Shown here one piece after another: positions 34,776 through 47,304 of a DNA stretch of 64,000 nt (positions are counted from its first letter, which is position 1; each line of letters opens with the position of its first letter). Both the position numbers and the translations under genes were made by a program. Below the pieces are notes generated by a model. The model had not been told where the DNA came from. It ran no database searches and worked only from the letters and a program-made list of their open reading frames with translations. This DNA is from Emiliania huxleyi CCMP1516. Taxonomy: Eukaryota. Location of the stretch: the NCBI RefSeq assembly GCF_000372725.1, contig NW_005201792.1:871440-935439 (forward strand), in the 5' to 3' direction.

Positions 34776-36061
34776 CTGTATTATCGTTCCTCACATGTTC
34801 TCTTGGGCGCATTTGATTGATGTGTGACTTTTGCTGCTGACTCGTAGGACGTAGCGACTACGCGCTCGGTGTATACGGACTAGGTTTTTTTCGTGTGACT
34901 GTGTGGCTCTGGGGGGAGGCGGGGGCCCCCGGAGGCACCGTGCGCCGCGCCGCAGTGCGGAAACGGGGCTCCGGCTCCGCTAGTCTCCGCTAGCACCGAC
35001 TTCCCGATTAAGCTAGGTTAATCAGAGGGCAGATTTGGAAAGATCTCGAGGAGTACATACAGATAGACCCTCCAACCATCAGAAAACTCCGACCTGATCG
35101 GTCGTACTGACCGCCGACAGATCACTCCAGACAGCAGACAGGCCGACGTCTGCACGCGGCCGGCCGGGCGAGAGGCTTGACATGATCCAACCCTGCGACC
35201 CTGACGCTGCTGCTCTAGCTATCAGATAACTGCTGACTGCTGCCACAATGTGTGACCGGTGCTGGCCCACTTGGCGGCCTTCCCGGTCAGTGGTGAGGCG
35301 CAGTTCAGAGCTGTCGATGGCGCGATCCGCCGCACTGGTCCCACATTGGTGACACGAGACCGCCAAGTTTGCCGGTCCAAGAGAGAGGGACCGGCGCTGT
35401 CCGGAGAAGGTGCATGGTCCCTCCTGACTGCCCATGCGCGCGAGGCTGTGTAGGCATAGCCTCGAGAGTGCCAGCAGCCAGTCGCCGAGGCAGTTTGTGA
35501 CGCGCATTCCGTCAGAAGCGTGCACGCGCTGGAAGGACACCTTCCTACTGGCCGTACGATCAGGTCGTCACTGAACGGTGGATACTAAGGCCGCGAGCTA
35601 TGCAGGTGGTCAATTGTGCAGCAGGGCACGGTCAGCAGCGCCGACAGGCTGTCGCAAGGCGTGATAGCATGGCCGCAGACCGGCGAATTCCTTGAAAACA
35701 AGTAAAAAATCGCGCAAAAAAGAAAAAAAAGTCCCCAAAAATCGGCGCCTGCGGCGGGCCGTGGGACCCCATCTCCCCCCCGCATGGATACCCTCTAGGA
35801 CCCCCGCCTCCCCCCAGAGCTGTGTGGGCGTCTTGCCAGGGCAGTCGCGGCGCTCTCTTTTGGTTGCCCCTTCCTCTCGGTCTCGGTATTTCGCGCTTCT
35901 CCCCTTTGAGTTTGTTGTCCCGATTTAAGCTCCTTCAGGTTGCCTTTGAAAAATGAACAAATTTCCCCCAGGCTAGTACCGTACAGTTTAGAGCGCTCCA
36001 GACGTCCAGAGTCTGTCCCCAGAGTCCCGACTATCGGTGAGCGCGCGCGTCTAGGGAAATC

Positions 36062-36335
36062 TCAGACAAGTTTGCGGTGGGCAGCGAACGCGTGGCTCGA
36101 TTGGCAGCCTGCCGCGACCCAGGCCCGGATGCCGCCCTCCACGCTCTTGACTTCTATGAAGCCCGCCTTGATCAGCACCTCCGCCGCCAGGGCGGAGCGT
36201 GCGCCGGCGCGGCAGCCGACGACGACGGGTTCGCAGAAAGGCCCTCCCACTCGAGCCGGCCACGAACTCGGCGGCCCCACCACCTCCTCGGGGAGGGCTC
36301 ACGCTGCCAGGCACCACACCCGCGACGACCTCCTG
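36062..36335 (-). CDS. Rhodanese-like domain (C-terminal part; possibly a pseudogene)
   Basis: PVVVGCRAGARSALAAEVLIKAGFIEVKSVEGGIRAW; upstream EVVAGVVPGSV in another frame. Confidence 0.7.
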
Positions 36336-37394
36336 CTCGCTGCAGCAGTCTTTGTAGTCGGTCGGCGAGGTTTCGCGCGACCTCGCACACCGCTCCGTGT
36401 GGTAGGAAGGGCAATATGCGCCGACGTGGCAGCCAGCCTCAGCCTGCGGGAGGGGGCGCGAGGCAGCTGGAGGAGGCGGGGGAGGGGTGCGGCCCTCCTT
36501 CTTCTTGTGGCGCCACCGTGCCGCGGCGGGTGCACACGCCTCCGTGCGCCCGCCCATTCGTGTGGCTGCTTGGCTGTTGGGAGGGGTTGCTGCTTCGGAA
36601 CGCCCGTCACGGAGGCGGCCCCGGCAACGCAACCGCTCACGTCGCGGCGCATCATTGCGCGACGGGGTGTGTTCGGCACCGCCGCCCGCTCAGCAGATGA
36701 CGGTTGAGGTCATCGCGCCGGCGCGCCCAGCACGGGCGTGGTTGCCCGTGCGGCGGCCGGCAGCTGACAGATAAGATCAAGAGCCGCGCCGGAGACGGAG
36801 GCGTGCCGTGTATGGGCCACAGGCGGGGTCCGGGCCTTCAGCCTCCCGTGTCAGCATTGGTGTCGGTGTGTGAGGGTCGTTCTGCTGTGACGTCTGTGAC
36901 GCTTAGGACCGCCGCGAGATCCGGTGTGGTGCGGCGCGCACCGGCACCGGTGTATGCCATCGACAAAGGCGGAGGTCTTCGGTGGGACGAGGCCCCCACA
37001 CCAGCTCGCCGGAGGAGAGGCACGCAACGCGCTGACTCGTCTCGAGGTCTCTTGGACCAGGATAGGATACAGTCTGTTTCGGGCATTAAGAAAACAGGAT
37101 CCGGCGCCACGCCGCCGTTTCTAAGCCTTTCCACCGTCCTCCCCCAGCCCGCGCCGTGGTTTCTTAGCCCCGGCCGGCACTCAGGTCAGCCCAGCCAACT
37201 GAGCCCAGAATTAGCCCACCTGGACTAGAGCCAAAACACGTGATCCACCTCTAGAGCTCGCTCTCGCCTCCTCGGAGCCTCAGCCAAAATCTGTCGCTCC
37301 AGCGCCGTCGTCCGGGCCCACGACCGGCTCGCCATCTCGATTTTCACTCGCCCGATGCGCTCTCGGTCTCTGCTGACGGCTGCCGCAAGAGCGG

Positions 37395-38075
37395 CTGGCT
37401 CACGACAGCGTCTTGCCGGTTGTCGGATGGGAGAGTACAGGACGTCTGGAGTGTAACTGTGTACGTGAGATCGGTCTTGGTAACAAGCACGGTCGGTCTA
37501 TCAGAAGCGATGCACTCGTTTCCGTTGCCCTTCGAGCTTGACACAGAGCTCCGCGCCCCGCAAAACAGGAAGAGCCATCCGGCAAGAAGATCTCGATAGG
37601 GAGCGAGAACCGTTAGAGGTGCTCCGAGAGGTATCAAGACTCCGTCATGACGCGGTAAGATCACTCCAAAAATGACCGCGCAGATGTCGGATCTCGTTGA
37701 GATATCTTGCAAAATCTGCTCTTCCCGAGCCGGCAGCACGCAGAGAGTCGCAGAAAGGCTACGAGTGCTCGACGAGTTTTGAGACCTGCGCGGTCAAACC
37801 TGGGGGGAACTGACCGCACCAGGACGGACGTCCGAAACCTGCGTGAGCACCTTTGACGATTCTCGCTCCCTATCGAGCTCTTCTTGCCGTACGGCTCTTC
37901 CTGTGTGTGCCGGCACAGAGTTCCGTGCAAGCCGTCCAGCGTGACGTGACGAGTATATCGCTTCGACGGATCGACCGTGCTTGTTATTAAGACCGATATG
38001 ACGTACACAGTGACACATCAGACGACACATATTCTCTCACCCGGCGGGCCGCAAAACGCTCTCGACAAGAGCCAC
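37395..38075. repeat. Long imperfect palindrome (arms about 330 bp, centre about 37730)
   Basis: 37566-37624 matches the reverse complement of ~37845-37903 at 53/59; similarity continues outward and inward. Confidence 0.85.
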
Positions 38076-38246
38076 ACAAAGCCACCCGCACGGCAAGCCG
38101 CTCGTCGGACAGGCGTGCTCGATCGATGTCGGAGAGCCAAGGACAAGCCCGGAGGGCAGCCACGCAGAGTGGCGCCACTTCTCGAGCGTCGGCTTGCGCC
38201 GGAGCGCCGCAGCCAACCGTGCAGCGAGCGAGTCGGACAGACCCCG

Positions 38247-38640
38247 CTAATTCGCCTCCATGACTGGCGGGCCGAGCGTGTTTCCGTGAGAAAATAAAAT
38301 ATTAAGTGAGCGCGGGATCACCACCTTGTAGCCGGCGGGGGCGCCCTCCAGCTTGATGAGCAGGTCGTCGTCCGTGCCGTCGGCTGTGAGCAGGACGCCG
38401 GCGTGCTCGAAGTACTTGCGCTTGGCCTCGCCCTGGAGCGCCTTCATGGAGGCCTTGTAGAACCAGTGGGCGAGGAGGATGCGGCGGTCCGAGGCCGTCA
38501 GCGTATTCGACTCCCACTTCTCGAGGTTGTCCTCGTCGTCGAGCCACTCATCGAGCAGCTGCCCAAGGTAGACTTTGATCTGGCGCCCCATGCCGCGATC
38601 AATCGGCTGCACCTGGTCGGTCTCGTTGGGCGGACCTTGT
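38247..38640 (-). pseudogene. pogo-type DDE_1 transposase C-terminal fragment
   Basis: PPNETDQVQPIDRGMGRQIK (the PPN.T..QP.D motif), followed by helical C-terminus. Confidence 0.8.
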
Positions 38641-39143
38641 GGTCGTCGACGCCAACCGACTGTAACGGACGGGGAGGAGGGGACCCAGGCGGCCGAGGCG
38701 GCGGCGGGAGTGGAGGTGGAGGCGGGGGCGGAGGCGGATCGAGAGGCGGAGGGGGAGGCGGGGGCGGGGGCGGGGGCGGGGGAGGCGGGGGCAGCCGAGG
38801 CGGAAGGGGAGGCGACAGAGGGGGCGGAGGCGTAGTATTGGGCTGCGGCTGCAGCCCGGCACTGGCGCGGGCCTGCAGGCCTGCGCGCCTGCGGCGCTTG
38901 CCAGCCGGCGCGCCTGCGGCGCGCCGTGGTTTCTTAGATTTTCGCGGAAATCGCTCGGCGTGGTTTCTTAATGGTACGTTTTCTTAATGCCCGAAACAGA
39001 CTGTACAAAAACAAAGACGCACAGATCAGACAGTCGAGAAAGGGATTGACAGCATTGATACTCGCTATTAGAAATGCGCTCCTCGAATTGCGGCGCGCGT
39101 ACGGGGAGTCTGGATTCGGCACTTCAGCTTGGTATAGTATCAT

Positions 39144-39591
39144 TCATTGTATCCTTCTCGAGGGGGTATCAAGGTATGCTCTAGGCCTCTGTGGGGACTT
39201 ATCTCGGCTGGGTATCAAGGTATCATCGGCGGCCGCGCAGCGAAGCGACAATTCACACCTCGCACCGAGGACCGAGCCCTCCCGCGGCCGCGGCTGCAGC
39301 CGCACCGGCTTCCGCCGCGGCCCGTCAAACGCGACGACGGCCGCCATTAGCGCCCTCCTCGCCCAGCGCATTGCTTAGTGGTGCGCTCGCCTCCCTCCTG
39401 CGCGACGCTCACTCGAGCGCGTTGTCTGTCTTGGCCCGCGCGCAGCGCGCGAAGAGGTGTGAAGAGGGGGGTCGTGTCCCGGTGTGAAGGGTAACCCACC
39501 AGGGTATCAGCCTATCCTCTACGGGCCCAATGCGGGTCCTCTCAAGAGGGTATCAGGGTATAGCCCTGGGGTATGATCTTGGATACAATGA
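39144..39591. mobile_element. MITE with 11 bp TIR TCATTGTATCC and internal GGGTATC repeats
   Basis: TCATTGTATCC at 39144 and GGATACAATGA at 39581; GGGTATCA repeated near both ends. Confidence 0.55.
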
Positions 39592-42067
39592 TGACCGCGC
39601 AAGATATAAAGGGTGGCTAAGGGCTCTGCCCGCAAGGCGCCCGCGTCGCAGACGCGGGGTACCATACTACCATTGACAAATCTGCAATATACCCCCACAC
39701 GAGCAAATAGCAAAATCCGAATACCGTGCACAAATCCGACGATGTCGGCCGTGGACGGGCCGCAAGTCTTCAGCTGGTGCCAATACGGATGGATTGCCGA
39801 CGGGCAAGCGTCTCATTGGCGCCCCCCCCCCCCCCCCCGTAAGCAGCCCGTCGATGCATGTGGCTCGCGCGGCCACGGCCGCAACGACGCGTCGCCGGCG
39901 GCGCTCACTCGAGCCCGAGCCCTCCGCGACGGCAACGCCAGGTCGTCGCGTCCGCCCCGCCAGCCCTTGAGCACGCCTCCCGCATACCGATGACTGCACT
40001 CGGCGTCCACCGGCGGGGGACCATGGAGGAGCGGTCAGCAGTCTCGACTTTCCGACCCGCCTCTGTCCTTCGTGCACAGGTACTAAGCACATCCTACTCT
40101 CGCTGCTGGCTGTCCACACAGCCAGACCTAGACACCTGCCCACACATCGGATCATTGCCCCCTCTGTGCCCATCGCCCCACTGGCCCCTTCCCCACGGCC
40201 CTCGCTGCGCCCTGCACAGAGCCTCCCCGACGGAACGAAGAAACACCAGGGGTGAGGAACCACCCCGACCAAACCGACGGCGCGTCGGGGCCAGCGCTCT
40301 CAAATGCGCCCCAAACAGGACTGCCATTCTCCACGCCGACCGCCGCCCAGCAGCCAGAGCTGGCAGAAGCCGACGTGGCCGACGTGCAGCCGATGCAGAT
40401 CGACCCGCCGGGCTCCGGACGCAACCTCGCCGTCGCCCCCTGCTCCACCGCCGCTCCCGCCCACCACGCCGCCGTTGCATTCGTCCAGCCGGTGCAGCAA
40501 CAACCGGCTTGGGGGTCTATTGCAACACATATGGAGAGCTTCCTGCGTGACCTCGGGGAGGCGCGCGACGCCTGCAACAAGCTGCCTTTTGACGATGCGC
40601 TGCGCTCTGAGGGAGGGTGTAGAGGATGTAGAGTGTAGAGCGCTGTAGAGCTGTAGAGCTGGAGAGCGCTGTAGAGCTGTAGAGCTCTACATCCGCCGCG
40701 GGACGAGGCGCCTCCGTTGTAGAGCGATGTAGAGGCGCTCTACAACGTGAAATCTCTACAACAAACTCTACATCATAAGCGCGCTTTACATCGCTTTACA
40801 ACGGAGGCGCCTCGTCCCGCGGCGGATGTAGAGCTCTACAGCTCTACAGCGCTCCAGAGCGCTCTACATCTCTACAGCTCTACAGCGCTCTACACTCTAC
40901 ATCCTCTACACCCTTCCCCTCCAGGGTGCGCTACAAGATAGCTACCGAACTGGATCGCATCGAGGCTGCTCGAGAGCATCATCGAAGAGGGCGACAGGCT
41001 CCATTTCTTCAACGGCACCAACCGCACCGTCGACCAGGAGGTGGGGCAGAAGCTCTACGGCTCCACCACGGACGCTAAGGACATCAAAGGGTACGTCGGC
41101 TGCAACCTCCACACCGCGCGCGCGCGCGATCGTCAACGTCCTCGAACGACTCTTCGGCAACATCACGGTCCCCTCAGGCGATGTCATCTCCTTCATCACC
41201 GACCACTACCCTGCCGCCAACGACCCCGACGCCACAGTCGAGCGATTCGAGGCCGCAGACGGCGCCCGGCTCGTCGACGGCACGACCGCGTTCACTTGCG
41301 TCTCCATCTCGTCTGAGAAGCGCTACGTCGCGCCGATCGAGCTGTTCCTCAAGAAGGCGGGCCTGGCGTCATCCATCGCCACCTTCCCCGGCGATGGCGA
41401 GGGCCAGTGCTTCCTCAGCGACCTCCCGGCCGAGCAGGTGGTGACGAACCTCGCCGCCGTGGGCATTCCCGCCGAGGTGGTGGAGCACTGAGGGCTCGAG
41501 CGCCTCTCCCGGCTGCCGGCGGCTGATCGGCCAGCCTGGCTGCGACGGCTGCGATCAGCGGTGGAGAGGACTGTGTGGTGTGATCCCTGCTCCGGTGAGC
41601 TCCGCGAGGGGTGGGTGAGGCTGGGTCGAGACGCGTGCCACGACTGAGCACTGCGCTCCGCTGCGCGGCGCCGCGTTGCGGCACCTCGCCCCGCCTCCCA
41701 CGCGAACGCGTGCGCCATCCGCGGCCCTCGCCACTCTTTTGCACTCTGGTTCCGTGCTATAGAGCCTACTGTATACTTGATGCAGAGCTTTCCGACGTCA
41801 TTTTGTTTGCCGCTCCGCGCTCGACGCCCGCCGCCGCGCGCGCCCGCGCGCCACCCCTTTTGCGCAGCAACACCTTAAATTTCATGGCCCTCCAAATTCG
41901 GGTCGGAGCGTAGCGGAGTGGGCCCCGAGTTTGAAAAACGGCGACGGACGCTTGCGTCCTAGCCGCCAACAACGCCTCCCCGGCGCAGAGGGGCCCCCGG
42001 AGGGGGATGCTCAACCGCCCCACGCCACGCCGCTTGCGGCGGTCCTATTCCACGCTCGCGGGGGCCA
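39592..42067 (+). mobile_element. Longer member of the 20465-family element with captured sequence and a nested MITE
   Basis: 5' block matches 20465-20595; 3' block 41854-42067 matches 21287-21480; protein-like fragment at 40945-41491. Confidence 0.55.
40607..40924. mobile_element. Foldback MITE (GTAGAG repeats), complete copy
   Basis: Inverted arms of about 130 bp; flanks GCTGCGCT/GGTGCGCT (7/8 match, possible TSD). Confidence 0.85.
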
Positions 42068-42194
42068 GTTCTTGTACTATACCAAGCTGAAGTGCCGAAT
42101 CCTGCTCGTAGAATTTACCAGGAGCTCTAGAAAAGGAATAACAGGCAATTTGTCTGAGGGGGGCGCAGCCTGGGGGCGTTTGAACAAAAGAATT

Positions 42195-42301
42195 TAGAGC
42201 CGGTTGCGGCACCTTCAGAAAAATCCATTCGAAAAAAATCGTCTCGTCTCGTATAGGGTCGCGTCTCGTCTCGTATCGTCTCGTATCGTCTCGGTTTCTC
42301 G
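42195..42301 (+). mobile_element. Transposon end TAGAGCCGGTTGC with CGTCTCGTAT subterminal repeats
   Basis: Inverted counterpart at 51405-51530. Confidence 0.8.
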
Positions 42302-43030
42302 ATGTCCGACTGGGCGGAGGAGCTGGCGGCAGCCCGCCGCCCCGTGCTTGAGGCGGCCGCCGCGTTCTGGGGTGGTCAGCCGCGGGTCGCCATCGCCGGC
42401 AAGATCCACGAGCTCTCGCAGGGAGGGGTTGGGACGAGCTACGGCACCAAGTCGGCGCTCATCGTCGGCAAGCTTGCCACGCTCCTGGAAGGTGAGTGTG
42501 AGCGGCTCGAGGAGAACTCCGTCTTCGAGGCGCCGGATGATGGCGCTGTCGTCCCGGTCTTCTATCCCGAGTTCTCGACCACGCTCGCGCGCGTCACAGT
42601 CCTCGGGGAGGGCGAGGAAGGCAATGTCCGTGTCCGCTTCGAGGCGCGCCCGCGCCAGCGCGCCCTCTCGCCACGCCCACTTCTTCACACGTGTCTCTCT
42701 GGCAGGGCGGCACCGAGCTCGAGATCGGGAGCGACGCCCTACAGCGAGGGACGCTGCTCGAGGCCCTCTGCGCCCTCGCGGCGCCTGTGCCAGATGGGCA
42801 CCACGCGCAGCGTGGGGGCGGCAAGGGCGGCCGCGGGCCGCCGGGCGGGCGGGCGGGCGGGGGGGGGGGAGGGCGCGGCCCGGCGGCAGCGTTTGTCGAG
42901 GTCACGATGCAGTGGCATCCCACCCAGGACCTCAAGCGGACCGTCGAGTGCAACGCACCAGGCGCGCCGCACACTCTGCGGACCGCCGTCCACTCTCCCG
43001 GACCCTGCATGTCAATAACCCAACTGCCCC
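42302..43030 (+). CDS. Hypothetical protein, 5' part (1 GC-AG intron), apparently truncated
   Basis: MSDWAEELAAARRPVLEAAAAFW...VRVRFE-GGTELEIGSDAL; coding-like composition. Confidence 0.4.
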
Positions 43031-43128
43031 CAAAGACCACGGAACGGGCGCAGAGGAGGCACTTGCTCACGTGCTCGAAGCGCTCCTCGTCGTCCCCGAC
43101 CCGGAAGGTGACCATGCCCTGCGGGAGG
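43030..43128 (-). pseudogene. BTB-domain fragment paralogous to ~49783-49880
   Basis: LPQGMVTFRVGDDEERFEHVSKCLLCARSVVF. Confidence 0.8.
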
Positions 43129-43399
43129 NNNNNNNNNNNNNNNNNNNNNNNNNNNNNNNNNNNNNNNNNNNNNNNNNNNNNNNNNNNNNNNNNNNNNNNN
43201 NNNNNNNNNNNNNNNNNNNNNNNNNNNNTGCCGTCTTTTTTTTTGGAGCCGTTGTACGACCTGACCGTTCCGGGCAGTTTAGGGCATTTGGCCGGGCAAG
43301 GGGTTGTATTTGATTTCAAACAACGGGGCATTTCGGCCCTGGCCATGGGGAAAAAAAAGCTCCCCTTCGGGGTCGGGGGGGATGCTGTCCTTAATGTGC

Positions 43400-44486
43400 C
43401 CTCATCTCCCGCAAGAGATGCGCAGTACCCCGCTGACGGCCGCACGCGCGTGTCGCGCCCCTTTCCGCGCCCCGGGTCCGGCGGCGGCGGTGGCGGCGGT
43501 GGCGACGGCGACGGCGGCCCTAACAGCGGGCGCGGGCGCGGGCCCGGGCCCGGCCACGGGCGTGGTTTCCCCGACGCCGCGGGCTTTGGCCGGCTGCTGG
43601 CTCGAGCCAACCTGAGCGCGATGACCGAAGGGGCGCCCCTCCCCCCCCCATCCCCCCCCCCCCCCCCCTCCTCATCCCTTTCCTCCGTTCCTCCCTCGTG
43701 CAGTTGACATTCTCGCGCTTGGTCGAGAACTCGGCGGCGTGGAAGCCGAGACCGCCGCAGGCCACAGAGAGCATTCGCGCCTTTTGCCTGCGTTGCTACG
43801 CGCGCCACTTCTTGCGGGCGCTGCTGGCCGAGGACGACCGGTACGCAGAGGACCAGTTCGAGGTCTTCAGCTGCGACGGCGAGTTCTCCCTCGCGCTTGA
43901 GCCGCGCACGAAGCCGGAGCGCCTCCCGCGCGTCATTGAGACGGCTTTGGCTGGCTCCCCGTCGCTCCGAGCGGCATACCGCCGCATGTTCACCGAGAGA
44001 GCTGCACCGGCCCCGGCCCCGGCGCCCTCGGCCGGGCCTCCCGGCGCCATGCCCTCGCCTGGCCCGCCGTATGGCGGTGGCATGCCCTTCCCATGGGGCT
44101 ATGGCACAGGGTACCCACAGCCTGCCTACCCGCCATCCCACTACTTGTGGCCTCCAGGGCAGTGGTCGCATGCGCCGCCGCAGTGGCCGCCAGCGGCGGC
44201 GGCGCAGTGGCAGCCACCTCCGCCGCAGCCGCCCCTGCCGACCGGACCGCGGGTCGGAGCAGCCAACGGTCCAATGCCGTCGATGCGGCCGCCACCCCAC
44301 CCCGCTCCTCCCGTGGCACCACCCCGGCCCATGCCACCTCCAGGCGACCCTCCGCCGCGCCCAGCCCCTCAGCCGGTCGCGCCAGGCGCCCCTCCGCCGC
44401 GCCCAACCCCTCAGCCGGTCGCGCCGCGCCCCACCGCTGCTGCAGTGGACGACATGGCAATCTTCGGAGGGACGCCCGAGGATTAG
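43400..44486 (+). CDS. Hypothetical protein with Pro-rich C-terminus
   Basis: ORF 43698-44486 has a globular-looking segment then a Pro-rich tail; probable upstream exon. Confidence 0.4.
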
Positions 44487-47304
44487 CCTTGGGTGTCGCC
44501 CTCGCGCTCTCGCTCTCGCTCGCTCTCTCTTGCGCGCGCACTCTCTCTCGCTCGCTCGCTCGCTCGCTCTTTTGCGCTCTCTGGCTCCCTCTCTCACTTG
44601 CTTGCTCGCTCTCTTGCGCTCTCTCTTGCGCTCGCGCGCGCGCGCGCGCTGCTCGCTCGCCGCGCTGCTCTTGCATGTACGCTGCACATTGTCCCATGGG
44701 CGAGAGAGCTCTCTCGTCGTCTCGGCTCCTCGCTCAAGTAGGAATCCTACGTCGCACTTTGTACCTCGGTCGAGAATTTTGCTTTCCGGCTGGTTTTGGT
44801 TTGTCGTGTGAGTCGTCTCTGCACTCTCTGACGGTATGTGGAACGTATGTATCTTTTTTATCAAGGAATTTTATTTATTACGTATTCCTAAATCCCATCT
44901 CGTCTCTCAGAGTTTGAGCTTTGACCGCGTTTTATTTATTTTGGACAGCGATTTGACCCAAAACAGGGGTCGTGCCGGTCGTTTATCCTAGTGTAGTGTG
45001 GGAAGGTCCATCACCCATGCAGCGATAATCACCACTGATGAATCCTAGTGATCCTAGCAGCAGAGTGACCCGAGATATGGGGAGATATCGGGAGATGTCG
45101 TGAGATATGGGGAGATGTAGGTCGCGCCTCGAGCAGCCGAGCTGCATTATAGAGATGGGGATACATGGGGAGATGTGGTAACATGTCTCCCGCCCCGCGA
45201 GCGGCAGAGTTCCATGTCACATGGGGAGATATGGGGAGATATGGTGAGATGTGCGGTGCCGCGCAATGGGATTCGGCATTACTCGTACTCACCAACGGGG
45301 CACGGGCGGGAGTGCGCGCGCGGGGGGGGCGGGGATGCAGCGCACACCGCGGAGACACCCGTTGGCGGGGCAAAGAAGAAAAACTCGACCGCACGCGACA
45401 CGCCTGCCGGCACAAGGCGAAAGAAGCCGCGAGAACAAGGGACCGGCAGGCGGCGGCGTCGCAGGACGAGGCAGAAGAGAACGACGCGACAGAGGAGGAA
45501 GTGACAAGGGAGAGACAGACGAGAGTGGGACGGCCGCGAGGTGGCATGAAGGTTGCAGCGAGAAGCGGCGAGAGACTGCGAAAAGAGATACGAAGAGGCA
45601 GACTCCCCAGGGTGGGCGACGGCTAGCGCACCACACTCCTCTCCTTAAAATCCCTGTGTGGTGGCGGCGTGCCGTTCTCCCATCCCTCCCTTGGGTTGTG
45701 TGTTTTCTTTCTTTTTTCTGCCGGCCGTTCTCCCTCCCTCCAATCGTTCTACGGCCGCGCTTCAGGGACGGACGATATCGTCCGTCCCTGAGGCAAAGTT
45801 GCTTTCAACCCCAAGGAAGCAGAACTCCGGTTCCGTCAACGATAAAGAAGAGAATTTAAACAAAACAACTCTCTCTCACAAAGAAGAGAAAAGACTTTCG
45901 ACCCGGGACCGTCCGCGAAACGTCCCTCGGTCGCACTTCGGCGACAGTCTCGCTTCGGCCTCTCGCCGCTGGTACTGAATATGCGCAACATCCATCCGTC
46001 CACAACCAATTGGTAGAGCACACCTCGTCTCTGCGCCACAATGGCTGCGTGACGGGCGAGCTCCCAGTGTGGGGCAGCTTGTGGATTCATCACAGCGTTG
46101 AGATCAGGATGGAGCGAGTTGGACCACTCAGAAGCTGACCTGAGCAGTGCCCCTGTCAACACGGTCAGGGCAGGAAGGGCGGACATGGACCCGCTGCGAA
46201 CTCCCTTGTCTGGGCAGTAGCTGCCGGCCGTGAATCCCTTCCCGGACCAAGAATAAACGTGCATGTGCGATGCGTGCCGGCGTACGTGGAGCGACCGTTT
46301 ACTGGCAGATGGATGTGGCAGTGCGGGTGTGCCGCCGTCTCGGTGTGTCCACTCCCTAGGAGTGTTGACGCTACCTGAGTTCGGCAGCCGCCCGCGGTGA
46401 TCATGTGGACCTGGTGCATGCGAACTCGCTCGCGGCTCAGCTGCGGCTCGGCTCCGGCTGTCGGCGTCTCGCGTCTCGCTCCTCTGTGCGGCCGCATGTC
46501 GAGTGACATTACTCGGCTCTGTCCTCTTTGGTCTGTCGCCACAACTCCCCGCTGCTCTCTGTCGCCAATGCCCGTCCCCGCTGCTCTCTGCTGAGACTAC
46601 CCCCCTCCCCTCCCAACGACCACCACTGCACAGGTGAATGCCGCTCACTGCCGAGATGACGCACCAGTCATTCCGTTTGACCTCTCTACAGAGCACTCTA
46701 CAGAGCACCACACAAGCCCACAGAAAACCTAATTTTTGAACGCGGAGGCCTATAAGTGCCCACCCGTTTTTGTACTCGTGCGTGTGTGGTGCGGACTGTG
46801 GGGCTCAGGGGGGGCAGCCTCCCTCCCTCCCTCTTTCCCTTTCCTGCCTGCCTGCCTGTCTCTGGTCTGTCGGAGTCTGACTGTCTGTGTGAGAGGGTGC
46901 GGCCCGCTAGAGTTCCACCCGGTCGTCTGCCGCGCCGCTCGCCGTCACTGCCAAGTCCTCTCGCTCACGTGAGCGGACGAGCTGGGTTGGGCACAGGTGC
47001 GTGTGAGGCACACTCTCACGGCTAGAGGCCACTCAGCAACTCGTACGGCCTACGAAGCTGCCCCTCTCGAGGGAAGCCCAGACAATTCGCCTTCTTTTTC
47101 TCTCTTTATTTATAAGTGTGAGTGCGCAGTCGGGAATTGTGTAGCAGCGGCCCCAACTCCTCAGGGAGCTTAGATTTGTAAGAAGCGCACCTAGCGGATG
47201 ATCGGGCTGGATGATCGGGCTGGAGCTCGAGAGAGATCTTCACGTAAACGCACAACCCCGGGCCCGATCTTCACGGGGACAGCCACCACCCTCGCCTTAA
47301 GACT

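Larger units (their letters stand above)
37070..39003. mobile_element. Non-autonomous pogo/Tc1-mariner element
   Basis: Perfect 26 bp TIR CAGTCTGTTTCGGGCATTAAGAAAAC (37070-37095, 38978-39003); TA on both flanks; subterminal CGTGGTTTCTTA repeats. Confidence 0.92.

Noticed and set aside
37344..38297. Paralogous ORFs sharing LV.KTD.TYTVT
   Set aside because: By-product of the DNA palindrome; differences are not synonymous-biased.
45029..45547. Gene implied by intron-type GGAGATATGG repeats
   Set aside because: Could not assemble a credible spliced ORF.
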